Source: Pseudomonadota bacterium (GTDB lineage Bacteria; Pseudomonadota; Alphaproteobacteria; Sphingomonadales; SMXR01). From it: a stretch of DNA of 64,000 bases. Where the stretch lies: positions 53,791-117,790 of the forward strand of contig JADFJJ010000001.1 of assembly GCA_022566215.1 (NCBI GenBank). Direction: 5' to 3'. The notes beneath the pieces are model-generated. The model was not told where the DNA came from. It made no database searches and was given only the letters and a program-made list of their open reading frames with translations. Of the stretch, positions 28,943 through 36,959 are shown in pieces. Positions within the stretch are counted from its first letter, which is position 1. The number at the start of each line of letters is the position of its first letter. Made by a program: the position numbers and the translations under genes.

Positions 28943-29708
28943 TTGGCAGCCTGATCAAATCCGGCGGAATTTGGTCTTCAGCAATCTTGATGCCCTGGTT
29001 AACAGCTCTTGTATAGGAACTGTCCAGGGTTTGCCATTGCCTGGTTATAGGATTGTAAATAGCGGTTACCGACTGATCCCCCGTCTGAAAGTAAAGACCA
29101 ACCCGTCCAATATGCAGAAGTTTACCCCCCAGTTCCTGCCCGTTAAGGGTAATGGAATCTTTTTCAACTTCCAACGCCCGGCCATAACTATGCTCTTGTT
29201 GATAGGCCTGGAAAACCAGCCGGAATTTTTCAGATGTGGTAATTGCTGATTCGTCCATGTAATCCCGAAGCCGGAGAACCACCTCCTGGCGTTCTTCTAT
29301 AAAAAAGGGCAGATCATTGTTAACAAATGTTTCCAGGCTATTGATCATTTTCTCAATCAGGGGAATAATCTGGCGGTCAATCATTGTCGCCCGTTCAATT
29401 GAAGAGGTAAGTTTGACAATTTCCTGCTTTTGGTCAACAATTTCTCGCTCTTTTTGAATATTATAGGCCTGAAGGTCTTCAATGGCCCGAAGTAGCGAAC
29501 GGTATTCGAACAACATTGATTGAGTTTCAGTTGAAAGGGCGTCTACCCTCTCTTGTGAAGCCTGTGCTATCCGGGTGCCTTCAGCACTTAACTCGAATAT
29601 GTCTTGCAGGGTGGCTGCCGATGCGTTTGCGCCCAACAAAGCAAAAGTACCTACCGATGCCGCCAGAACCATCCGTTTAAAATGTTTTTTAAGCATTTGT
29701 CCGTCCAT
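28920..29708 (-). CDS. DUF3450-like periplasmic coiled-coil protein (TtpB-like)
   Basis: 262 aa with a signal peptide (AASVGTFALLGANASA) and a long coiled coil. It is the first gene of the TonB2-type cluster. Confidence 0.7.
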   Translation of the reverse strand: MDGQMLKKHFKRMVLAASVGTFALLGANASAATLQDIFELSAEGTRIAQASQERVDALSTETQSMLFEYRSLLRAIEDLQAYNIQKEREIVDQKQEIVKLTSSIERATMIDRQIIPLIEKMINSLETFVNNDLPFFIEERQEVVLRLRDYMDESAITTSEKFRLVFQAYQQEHSYGRALEVEKDSITLNGQELGGKLLHIGRVGLYFQTGDQSVTAIYNPITRQWQTLDSSYTRAVNQGIKIAEDQIPPDLIRLPIVKVDTE

Positions 29709-30121
29709 TTTTGGTTAAACCGCTTTCATTTCCTGGGGTGCTCCGTCCCCTTTCATTTCTCTTTTAAAAAGAAAGGCTGGGAGCGGTTATCGAACTCACT
29801 TTGCGGGAAAATTAAGCCCTAAATCAAAAACACAATAACCTGTGCTTAATATTTAAAGCCCAAACCTGTTTTCCCCCTTGAGACGAGTCACTTGCTCCCA
29901 ACGCGGGGCATAAAGCCACAAAGTTAAAAGCATTTCAACCCATTAATTTAGATAGATAATTAACATTTATATTCTTAACCTCAGATGAAATATTATGACT
30001 GCAATTTTCCTAATAATTTTTAGGGATACTCATAACAGCCTAATACAATTTTTTTAGTCGAGAATAATGTCTAAATAACAAAATGTTAAATTATCTAATG
30101 TGGCAATTATCCAGAACTTTC

Positions 30122-31936
30122 TTAATTGCCTAGGGTGGTTTTAACAAGACCCCTTACAGAATTGGCAAGATAGATATTTTTTGCATTCACCAGATCTTCA
30201 AAAGTTAGAGAGGTTTCTTTTGCCCTTCCGGATTCTAAAAGTTTTGCTCTGTATATCCCGGGCAACAAGCCAGCGCTTATAGGGGGCGTTAACAGTTTGG
30301 GGTCATTCTTTTCAATGAAAATATTATTGAATGTCCCCTCGGTAATCTCATTTTTTTCATTTTGGAAGATTACGTCATAAATTTTTTCAGCTTCAGCATT
30401 TTTTGTTATCGCCTCATTGTATATGGGACGGTAAGTGGTTTTGTGGAACAGGAATATATCGTTACTGCTTACTTTATTTTTACTGAGGTGGATGATTGGG
30501 GGCTGAGTTTTGTTTGTTTTTAACAATGTTTCGTGGGTCAATATATAATGACCTCTCCTGTCCAGAACCAGGCGGACTTTATGACCGGCAGAAATGATGA
30601 TTGTACCCGCCAGATTTCTCAACGAATCCCTGATTTTATCAATCGGACACACAAAATTAAAATAAGCGGCGGATTGGACAAGACGCTCAAGATGATCTTC
30701 CAGATAACTAAACCCCTTTTCTTTGGACCAGAGCATGGTCTCCACCAGGGCGAAGTTTGCCGGTGTATTATACAGAAAACGGGATTTCAACAAACATTCC
30801 CTGTATTCCATCCTAACTGTGCTGTCGGCAACTATCCCGCTTCCAATTCCAAGCCACCCCTTCCCCTTGGCGTCCATAACCGCGGTGCGAATTGGAACAT
30901 TAAAGGAAAAATCCCCGTCTGGGGCCAGAAAGCCAATGGCCCCGGTGTAGATACCCCTTGGCCCTTTTTCGGTTTCATGAATGATTTCCATCGCCCGGAC
31001 CTTAGGCGCCCCGGTAATAGAACCACAGGGAAAAAGAGCTTTGTAAATATCTCCGAAACTTGTTTCTTCTCTTAATTCTCCCGTCACTTCGGATGACATC
31101 TGCAGGACCGAGGCAAAGCTCTCCACCTCGAACAGTTTGTTTACCTTTACCGTTCCAGGTTTACAGATCCTGCTGAAATCATTGCGTATCAAATCGGCAA
31201 TCATCAGGTTTTCGGCCCGGTTTTTTTCATCCCGCTCCAGAACTTCCATGCGGCGCTGGTTTTCCTCCAGAGTTTTGCCGGGTTTTGCCGTTCCCTTCAT
31301 GGGTCTGGATATAAGACGACCATTTCGCCTGGTTATAAACAGTTCAGGAGATAGAGAGAGGACGCGCCACTCCCCGGTTTCGATGAGGGCGCTGAAAGGG
31401 GTTGGTTGAGCCCTTCTTAAATTGCCATAAAGGGCCTTCGCCGCCCCTGTACTTTTAAGACCGAGGCGAAAAGTATGGTTGATCTGATAAACATCACCTT
31501 TGGAAATATAATCCTGTATTTTACTGAAAATACTTTCAAACTCTTTAGAGGTTTCATTCGGGTCAGCACTTTTTGAAAATCCCCATGTATTATTTTGGCC
31601 TTCGGATTCAGTGAACAGATTTTCCAGAGAAGAAGCGGACAAGACCTCAGGTTTTTTAAAAACACCCATCCAGATCAACGGCTCGTTGCTCAAGACCGTT
31701 TTTTTCCTTTTCAGGGTAGGATGAAAAGGAAGTGCGCATTCATAGGACAACCAGCCGGCAAGGAAATTACCCTTAGTTAGGAAAGTTTCTATTTCAACAA
31801 GGGTGGCCAGGACACCTTCCAGACTAACGCATTCCAGAACCTCAATCGGATTCTGGAACAACAGCCCGGCATCGGGCCGGTTGCTTGATTTGCTGTCTTC
31901 CAGCAAAACATAAGGAGATTTGGGGAATTCTGGCAT
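30122..31936 (-). CDS. pabB: fused aminodeoxychorismate synthase component I / aminodeoxychorismate lyase (PabB-PabC)
   Basis: 604 aa. The N-terminal ~400 aa form a chorismate-binding domain (SPELFI..., PCGSITGAPK, GIYTGAIGF). The C-terminal ~200 aa have a class-IV aminotransferase fold (FHKTTYRPIY, GLLPGIYR). Confidence 0.85.
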   Translation of the reverse strand: MPEFPKSPYVLLEDSKSSNRPDAGLLFQNPIEVLECVSLEGVLATLVEIETFLTKGNFLAGWLSYECALPFHPTLKRKKTVLSNEPLIWMGVFKKPEVLSASSLENLFTESEGQNNTWGFSKSADPNETSKEFESIFSKIQDYISKGDVYQINHTFRLGLKSTGAAKALYGNLRRAQPTPFSALIETGEWRVLSLSPELFITRRNGRLISRPMKGTAKPGKTLEENQRRMEVLERDEKNRAENLMIADLIRNDFSRICKPGTVKVNKLFEVESFASVLQMSSEVTGELREETSFGDIYKALFPCGSITGAPKVRAMEIIHETEKGPRGIYTGAIGFLAPDGDFSFNVPIRTAVMDAKGKGWLGIGSGIVADSTVRMEYRECLLKSRFLYNTPANFALVETMLWSKEKGFSYLEDHLERLVQSAAYFNFVCPIDKIRDSLRNLAGTIIISAGHKVRLVLDRRGHYILTHETLLKTNKTQPPIIHLSKNKVSSNDIFLFHKTTYRPIYNEAITKNAEAEKIYDVIFQNEKNEITEGTFNNIFIEKNDPKLLTPPISAGLLPGIYRAKLLESGRAKETSLTFEDLVNAKNIYLANSVRGLVKTTLGN

Positions 31937-31962
31937 TATTTCACATTGTAAAATTCCGAACC

Positions 31963-32532
31963 TTAAACCTCGAAAGTCCGAACTAGGGTTACAACCGGTG
32001 CGGCAAATATGACCTTGCAGTCTTTTGCCAGTGTACCGGCTTTGCCGATTGGAAACAGGGTATAGGTATTTTTCCTTGAACCGTTGACAAGTTTTGCAAA
32101 ACAGCGTTCACCGCCTTCCAGTTCAATCAGGCAATCATGGCCAACGGCCTTTTCAACAGCTTGTGCTGATTGACCCTCACAGATGACCGAATCTCCCTGC
32201 CGGTATTCCCCCATGTTGGCTTTTATTTTCAGGGCTATTGGCTTGGTCCCCATCAGGCGTAAGGAGACAGTCCCGAAATTAATGGGTGAAACAGAACCCA
32301 TCCTGCCCACTTCTCCCAAAATTTCTATATCACCGTACTCTGGTAAGATTAAAAGCATTGAAGACTCTACCACAAGGGCCTTGGCGATACGGTTGACCCA
32401 ATTCAGGGAAAGCGTCCGCATCCCGGTTTCCAGCCGTCCGATGGTCTGGGCGGTGGTTCCGCACCGCCCGGCAACTTGTTGTAAAGTCAGGCCTTTTTGC
32501 CTCCTGATTTCCCTGATGCGTGAATGGACCAT
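31963..32532 (-). CDS. XRE-family HTH regulator with a CI/LexA-like C-terminal beta domain lacking the obvious Ser nucleophile motif
   Basis: The HTH is IREIRRQKGLTLQQVAGRCGTTAQTIGRLETGMRTLSLNWVNRIAKAL, from the ATG at 32532 with a GGAAGGGGG upstream. I see no GDSM-type motif in the C-terminal domain. Confidence 0.75.
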   Translation of the reverse strand: MVHSRIREIRRQKGLTLQQVAGRCGTTAQTIGRLETGMRTLSLNWVNRIAKALVVESSMLLILPEYGDIEILGEVGRMGSVSPINFGTVSLRLMGTKPIALKIKANMGEYRQGDSVICEGQSAQAVEKAVGHDCLIELEGGERCFAKLVNGSRKNTYTLFPIGKAGTLAKDCKVIFAAPVVTLVRTFEV

Positions 32533-32603
32533 GGCGAGCCCCCTTCCTGTGGGGTCAGGATAACACAAAAATGTTCCAAAACAAAAAATAAATTTACCTC
32601 TTT

Positions 32604-32644
32604 GGTTATTTATGATATAACCTTTCCGGTTAATAACGGGTTAA
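32604..32644. promoter_or_regulatory. candidate operator region: GGTTAT-N7-ATAACC inverted repeat, further GGTTA half-sites, and one exact TTAA-N7-TTAA (CtrA-type) word
   Basis: Read directly from the sequence. GGTTAT is at 32604..32609 and ATAACC at 32617..32622. GGTTA recurs at 32628 and 32639. TTAAtaacgggTTAA spans 32630..32644. All lie in the 125-bp divergent intergenic region. Confidence 0.3.
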
Positions 32645-32657
32645 GGAGAGTTGTACC

Positions 32658-33419
32658 GTGAAAGAGGTGTGTGTTTCTTCGTTCGGACTAAGGATACTGC
32701 AAAAAATGGACCCCGGCAATAATGCCCGGCTATTGCCAAACGGCGGCTTGCGGGTCGGCAGCATAGAGGCCCCTCGCTCTCTGGTGAAGGATCTGGCCAG
32801 ACGGGATTTTATTACATTTCCCGCCAACGGCAGGGTCGCCCTGTCCGAAGCCGGCGCGATGTACTTGAGGCGCACCAAAACGGCCCGCAAATTCGCCCGC
32901 TCGGGAAAACTGCAGAGCGGCGGCAATATCTACCGGGCGCAGCACAGCTGTTTGAGAACAGAACAAATCAGGGCCGGACAGAAGCGTGAGAAAATGACCC
33001 GGAATATAGGGGAAACGCCGCTTGGCTGGCTGTTGCGGCGCAAGGACCGGGACGGCAAACCCTATATAACCGAGGATCAGTTTAATGCCGGCGAAAGGCT
33101 GGCGGCGGATTACGAATATGCCGGGCTGATGCCCCGCACGGTCAGCTACTATGACGGCGTGCCGGTCTCCGGTAAAAAATATTATTCCAGCGTCCGGGAC
33201 GATCCAAGCCTGACCCAGATGGCCGCCAAGCAAAGGGTAAACGCGGCCCTGGATTCCATCGGTCCCGGCCTGGCCGATGTTTTGATCCGGGTGTGCTGTT
33301 TTCATGAGGGGCTGGAACAGGCGGAGAAAAACCTGGCGTGGCCGACCCGGTCCGCCAAACTGGTCCTGAAAATTGCCCTGGAGCGTTTGGCGGATTATTA
33401 CCAGCCAGGTAAAAAATAA
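32658..33419 (+). CDS. DUF6456-like putative DNA-binding protein
   Basis: 253 aa with a GTG start preceded by AAGGAGA. The C-terminal half (NIGETPLGWLLRRKDRDGKPYITEDQFNAGERL...VCCFHEGLEQAEKNLAWPTRSAKLVLKIALERLADYY) matches my recollection of the alphaproteobacterial DUF6456 family. Not verified. Confidence 0.55.
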   Translation: MKEVCVSSFGLRILQKMDPGNNARLLPNGGLRVGSIEAPRSLVKDLARRDFITFPANGRVALSEAGAMYLRRTKTARKFARSGKLQSGGNIYRAQHSCLRTEQIRAGQKREKMTRNIGETPLGWLLRRKDRDGKPYITEDQFNAGERLAADYEYAGLMPRTVSYYDGVPVSGKKYYSSVRDDPSLTQMAAKQRVNAALDSIGPGLADVLIRVCCFHEGLEQAEKNLAWPTRSAKLVLKIALERLADYYQPGKK

Positions 33420-33438
33420 CCAAATAGGTAAAAATTGG

Positions 33439-33467
33439 TTGACAGCGTCGCGCTCTTTTGGTACAAC
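33439..33467 (+). promoter_or_regulatory. candidate sigma70-type promoter upstream of the TerS-like gene
   Basis: TTGACA (33439..33444), a 17-nt spacer, then TACAAC (33462..33467). It lies about 95 nt upstream of the ATG at 33561. Confidence 0.3.
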
Positions 33468-33560
33468 AATAACAAGCTTCCAAAAGGCCCGGAACACAAA
33501 CCCGGGCCTGATACTTTCCGGATAAAAAACCAGACATTATTCACACAATATTTCCCACCC

Positions 33561-34019
33561 ATGCCCCGAAAACAAAGATGGTCAAGGGAGGTGCGCGAGA
33601 CCTTTTTTAAGGTTCTGAAGGCCACCGGAAACGTCAGCGCGGCGGCCCGGGGCGCCGGGGTTTCTCTTCACAACGCCTATTTAAAAAAGACCTCCGAAGT
33701 AAAATTTTCCCGTGAATGGGAAGCCGCCATTGAAGAAGCGCTGGATGACCTGGAGGGAGAGTTACGGCGCCGCGCCCTGGAGGGAACAGAAAAAGCGGTC
33801 TATTACGCCGGCAAGGAAATCGGCTCAATCACGTCCTACAATGACAACCTGGCAATGTTTTTGCTGAAATCCCGGCGCGGCCATATCTATGGCGAAGTGG
33901 ACCTGATGGGTTATAAAGGCTCTGGTAAAAAGAACTTTGACAGCCCCCGTGAAAAGCTGCTCGCCAAATTAAAAAATATGAAATCCAAAGCCGGCCCAAC
34001 CCCTGGAAACAAAAAATAA
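33561..34019 (+). CDS. terminase small-subunit-like HTH protein
   Basis: 152 aa from the ATG at 33561: MPRKQRWSREVRETFFKVLKATGNVSAAARGAGVSLHNAYLKK...FSREWEAAIEEALDDLEGELRRRALEG...YNDNLAMFLLKSRR. It has the phage TerS-like pattern and sits directly before TerL. Confidence 0.6.
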   Translation: MPRKQRWSREVRETFFKVLKATGNVSAAARGAGVSLHNAYLKKTSEVKFSREWEAAIEEALDDLEGELRRRALEGTEKAVYYAGKEIGSITSYNDNLAMFLLKSRRGHIYGEVDLMGYKGSGKKNFDSPREKLLAKLKNMKSKAGPTPGNKK

Positions 34020-34034
34020 GGCTGGCCGGATCCC

Positions 34035-35381
34035 GTGTTGTCTTTTGTCAAACAAGGAGGGATCAAATCCCCGGCCGAGAAACTGCTGGGGCTCGATGAT
34101 CAAAACTTCAGTGAATTTTTCAAGGATCTGGGGAACCAGGAATGCCAGTCACTTTGGTACGACTGGAAATTCTGGGCCCGGCCCAACCAACTGGCGCCGG
34201 GCGGCGACTGGTTCTGCTGGCTGGTTCTGGCCAGCCGGGGCTTTGGCAAAACCCGGATGGGAGCGGAGTGGGTCCGTTGGCACGTCGAGGGGACAACGCC
34301 TCTTAGCGCCCCCCCGGGAGGGTTGGAGCGGATAGCCCTTGTTTCCCAAACACTGGCCGACGGCCGGGACGTGATGGTCGAGGGCGAAAGCGGTATTCTG
34401 GCAATATCCCCGCCGGATTTCCGTCCCCATTATGAATCAGCCCGGCGCCGCCTGATATGGCCGAATGGCGCCCAGGCGGCCCTTTATTCATCGGAAGAGC
34501 CCGACCAGCTTCGCGGCCCCCAGCACCATCTGGCCTGGGGGGACGAATTGGCGAAATGGCGCCATCAAAGAACCTGCTGGGCCAATCTTCTTCTGGGCCT
34601 GAGATTGGGGGAGGCACCAAAGGTCATGGCCACCACCACGCCCAAGCCAACCCCTTTGATCAAACAATTGAGGGATGACCCGACCGTGGCCATAACCCAT
34701 GGCGCGACCTTTGATAACCGGGCCCATCTTTCCGGCGATTTTATTTATCATATCAAGCGCCTCTACGAGGGCACCCGGCTGGGCCGTCAGGAACTTTACG
34801 GTGAAATCCTGGAGGATTTTCCGGGGGCTCTGTGGAACCGGGACGGGATTGATGACACAAGGGTTAAAAAAGCCCCGCCATTGACAAGAATTGTTGTCGC
34901 CGTAGACCCGCCAGTCACCCATGGAGAGAACGCCGATGCCTGTGGCATCGTGGTCGCCGGCATATCCAGTGAGGGCCATACCTATGTCCTGGCCGACCTG
35001 ACGGCCCAGGGCCTGAGCCCCCATCAGTGGTGTAAAAAAGCGCTTTTGGCTTATGAGACTTTTGAGGCCGACCGGCTGGTGGCCGAGATCAACCAGGGCG
35101 GCGACCTGGTGGAAACCCTGATCCGGCAAATCTCGCCCGGGGTCAGCTACCGGGGCGTGAGGGCCAGCCGCGGCAAAATCGCCCGGGCCGAACCGGTCGC
35201 CGCCCTTTATGAACGGGGCCTGGTTCACCATGTCGGCGGATTGAACCAGCTGGAAGACCAGCTGTGCAGCTATACCGGCGAAAAAGGCGAGAAAAGTCCC
35301 GACCGTCTGGACGCGCTGGTCTGGGCTATCACCGACCTGGCGCTGGGAAACCATTTCAGCCCGCGAATTCGGAGCCTTTAG
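34035..35381 (+). CDS. terminase large subunit, GTA/HK97-type
   Basis: 448 aa. The N-terminal region is WKFWARPNQLAPGGDWFCWLVLASRGFGKTRMGAEWVRW, including the Walker A. The C-terminal nuclease region includes IVVAVDPPVTHGENADACGIVVAG and the end motif DRLDALVWAITDL. Confidence 0.85.
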   Translation: MLSFVKQGGIKSPAEKLLGLDDQNFSEFFKDLGNQECQSLWYDWKFWARPNQLAPGGDWFCWLVLASRGFGKTRMGAEWVRWHVEGTTPLSAPPGGLERIALVSQTLADGRDVMVEGESGILAISPPDFRPHYESARRRLIWPNGAQAALYSSEEPDQLRGPQHHLAWGDELAKWRHQRTCWANLLLGLRLGEAPKVMATTTPKPTPLIKQLRDDPTVAITHGATFDNRAHLSGDFIYHIKRLYEGTRLGRQELYGEILEDFPGALWNRDGIDDTRVKKAPPLTRIVVAVDPPVTHGENADACGIVVAGISSEGHTYVLADLTAQGLSPHQWCKKALLAYETFEADRLVAEINQGGDLVETLIRQISPGVSYRGVRASRGKIARAEPVAALYERGLVHHVGGLNQLEDQLCSYTGEKGEKSPDRLDALVWAITDLALGNHFSPRIRSL

Positions 35382-35734
35382 GACCTGGAGTTGAAAATCG
35401 CGATTTGCTCGTTAAGTGAGCTTTCCAGATCAGTCAGGTGATCGGCCAGGGTATTGAAATCCTCGGCCCAGCGTTCGCGCTGGTCCTCGGTCATATTCAG
35501 GAAAAAGTTTTCCTTATTCAACTGCAAGCAGCCGGTAAAAGCCTGGACTTCAAAACCATAATCCTGGACCGCCCGGATGGCGATGCCAATTTCCTCATTG
35601 GTGGCGGTTACGCCATCAGGGATAACCGGCCCGTCCCCGGGCATCATGCCGCAATCCTTGGCCAGGGCGCCGGGGGGTTGGGAGGCAAGTAAAACGCCTG
35701 TCAGGGCGATTGCAATCAGGGCAGGGGCGCGCAT
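35378..35734 (-). CDS. secreted hypothetical protein (118 aa)
   Basis: The signal peptide is MRAPALIAIALTGVLLASQPPGALA. The mature part is helical with two Cys. It lies antisense between TerL and the portal, and its stop overlaps the TerL stop by 4 nt. Confidence 0.6.
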   Translation of the reverse strand: MRAPALIAIALTGVLLASQPPGALAKDCGMMPGDGPVIPDGVTATNEEIGIAIRAVQDYGFEVQAFTGCLQLNKENFFLNMTEDQRERWAEDFNTLADHLTDLESSLNEQIAIFNSRS

Positions 35735-35861
35735 TTTTTAACCTTCAGTTTTGACCATTTGAATTTTCTTTAACCTATTTTCCTTGCCAAGGCCAGCCGT
35801 TCTGAACGGCCTGGGGCATTTCCATCACTATTTTGCAATTACCGCAAAAAGGAGAAACTTT

Positions 35862-36959
35862 ATGAATAACTGGGGCCAGAAGGTCAGCCAGTGGATCGGT
35901 CTTGGCCTGAACAAAAAGAGCAGCGCCGTCGGAAGCCTGATCAGCGGCGCCTCAAAGGCCGCCTTCATAAGTTTCGCCGCTCCGCGCTGGACCGGCCGCA
36001 CCTATGAACAGCTGGTCCGCGAAGGCTACCGCAAAAACGTCGTGGTTCACCGCTGTGTCCGCATTATTGCCGAAAGCGCGGCCTCGGTGCCGTTTCTTCT
36101 TTACCGCGGCGACAAAAGGCTTGCAGGCCATCCCATCCTGGACCTGCTGGCCCGGCCCAACCCGCTGCAATCGGGCAAGGAGCTGATGGCCAGCTATTAC
36201 GCTTTCCTCGAGATCGCCGGAAATGCCTATATGGAAGTGGCGGAGGGGGCCGACGGCAAGGCCGGCGAGCTTTATGTACTGCGCCCAGAGCGGATGCGGA
36301 TCATCCCCGGGGCCAAAGGCTGGCCAGCCGGCTATACCTACAAGGTAGGCGGCAAAAGCCATACCTTCAAGGTCGAACCGCGCACCGGCAAATCGCCGAT
36401 CATGCATCTCCGCACCTTTCACCCGGAGGATGACTATTACGGGCTGTCCCCGCTGGAGGCGGCGGCTTTTGCCATTGATATCCACAATTCCTCGCAAAAC
36501 TGGAACAAGGCTTTATTGGATAATTCCGCCCGGCCATCGGGGGCCCTGGTGTTCGAGCCCTCCGAGGGCGCGCCGGGCCACCTGAGCGACGAACAGTTCA
36601 AGCGCCTCAAGGAAGAGCTGGAAGAAAACTACCAGGGGGCGGTCAACGCCGGGCGGCCATTCTTGCTGGAAGGCGGCCTGAAATGGCACCTGAGTGCTTC
36701 AATTTGTGACGAAAAGGGCAGGGCAATTCCCAGGGAAGATGGGAAATATTGTATTCTGCCCCACACCATTACAATTCAGGTTACGGATCTGAACGTTAAT
36801 GATCATACAATTAAAGGGGGACTGGAAGATATTCTCAAATCTCTCATCGAGCAGACTGTGAACTGGCATAAAACATTGGCCAGTATGGATATTTTATTAA
36901 CTGACTGGAAAAATTCCAGTCTCAGTGCACCACCCAAAAAAGAATCTAAAAAAAATTAG
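35862..36959 (+). pseudogene. HK97/GTA-type portal protein, C-terminally truncated and fused to unrelated AT-rich sequence
   Basis: The ATG at 35862 has an AGGAGA upstream. Portal-like sequence (VVHRCVRIIAESAASVPFLLY, NPLQSG, AGNAYMEV, GRPFLLEGGLKW) runs to about 36,700. After that come ~85 codons of low-GC sequence that I do not recognise as portal. Confidence 0.7.

Larger units (their letters stand above)
32533..36700 (+). mobile_element. remnant of a GTA-like or prophage head-packaging region (regulators, TerS-like, TerL, truncated portal)
   Basis: The gene order matches RcGTA g1-g2-g3. The block is visibly GC-rich, and no protease, capsid or tail genes follow. I saw no integrase or att repeats. 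Confidence 0.6.

Noticed and set aside
29870-29920. A possible cobalamin riboswitch core, or a tRNA-Leu 3'-end att-like repeat (cgagtca...cgcggggca), in the AT-rich spacer.
   Set aside because: No B12-box (GCCACTG-type) or other riboswitch core could be aligned. The similarity to the tRNA 3' end is limited to a 7-mer plus a degenerate 9-mer with an insertion, which is consistent with chance.
32730-35354. Long minus-strand ORFs (32730..33497, 33142..33537, 34488..35354) inside the GC-rich block.
   Set aside because: They are antisense to the DUF6456-like and TerL frames, which carry real family motifs. Their products are Pro/Gly/Arg-rich, as expected for off-frames of GC-rich coding DNA.
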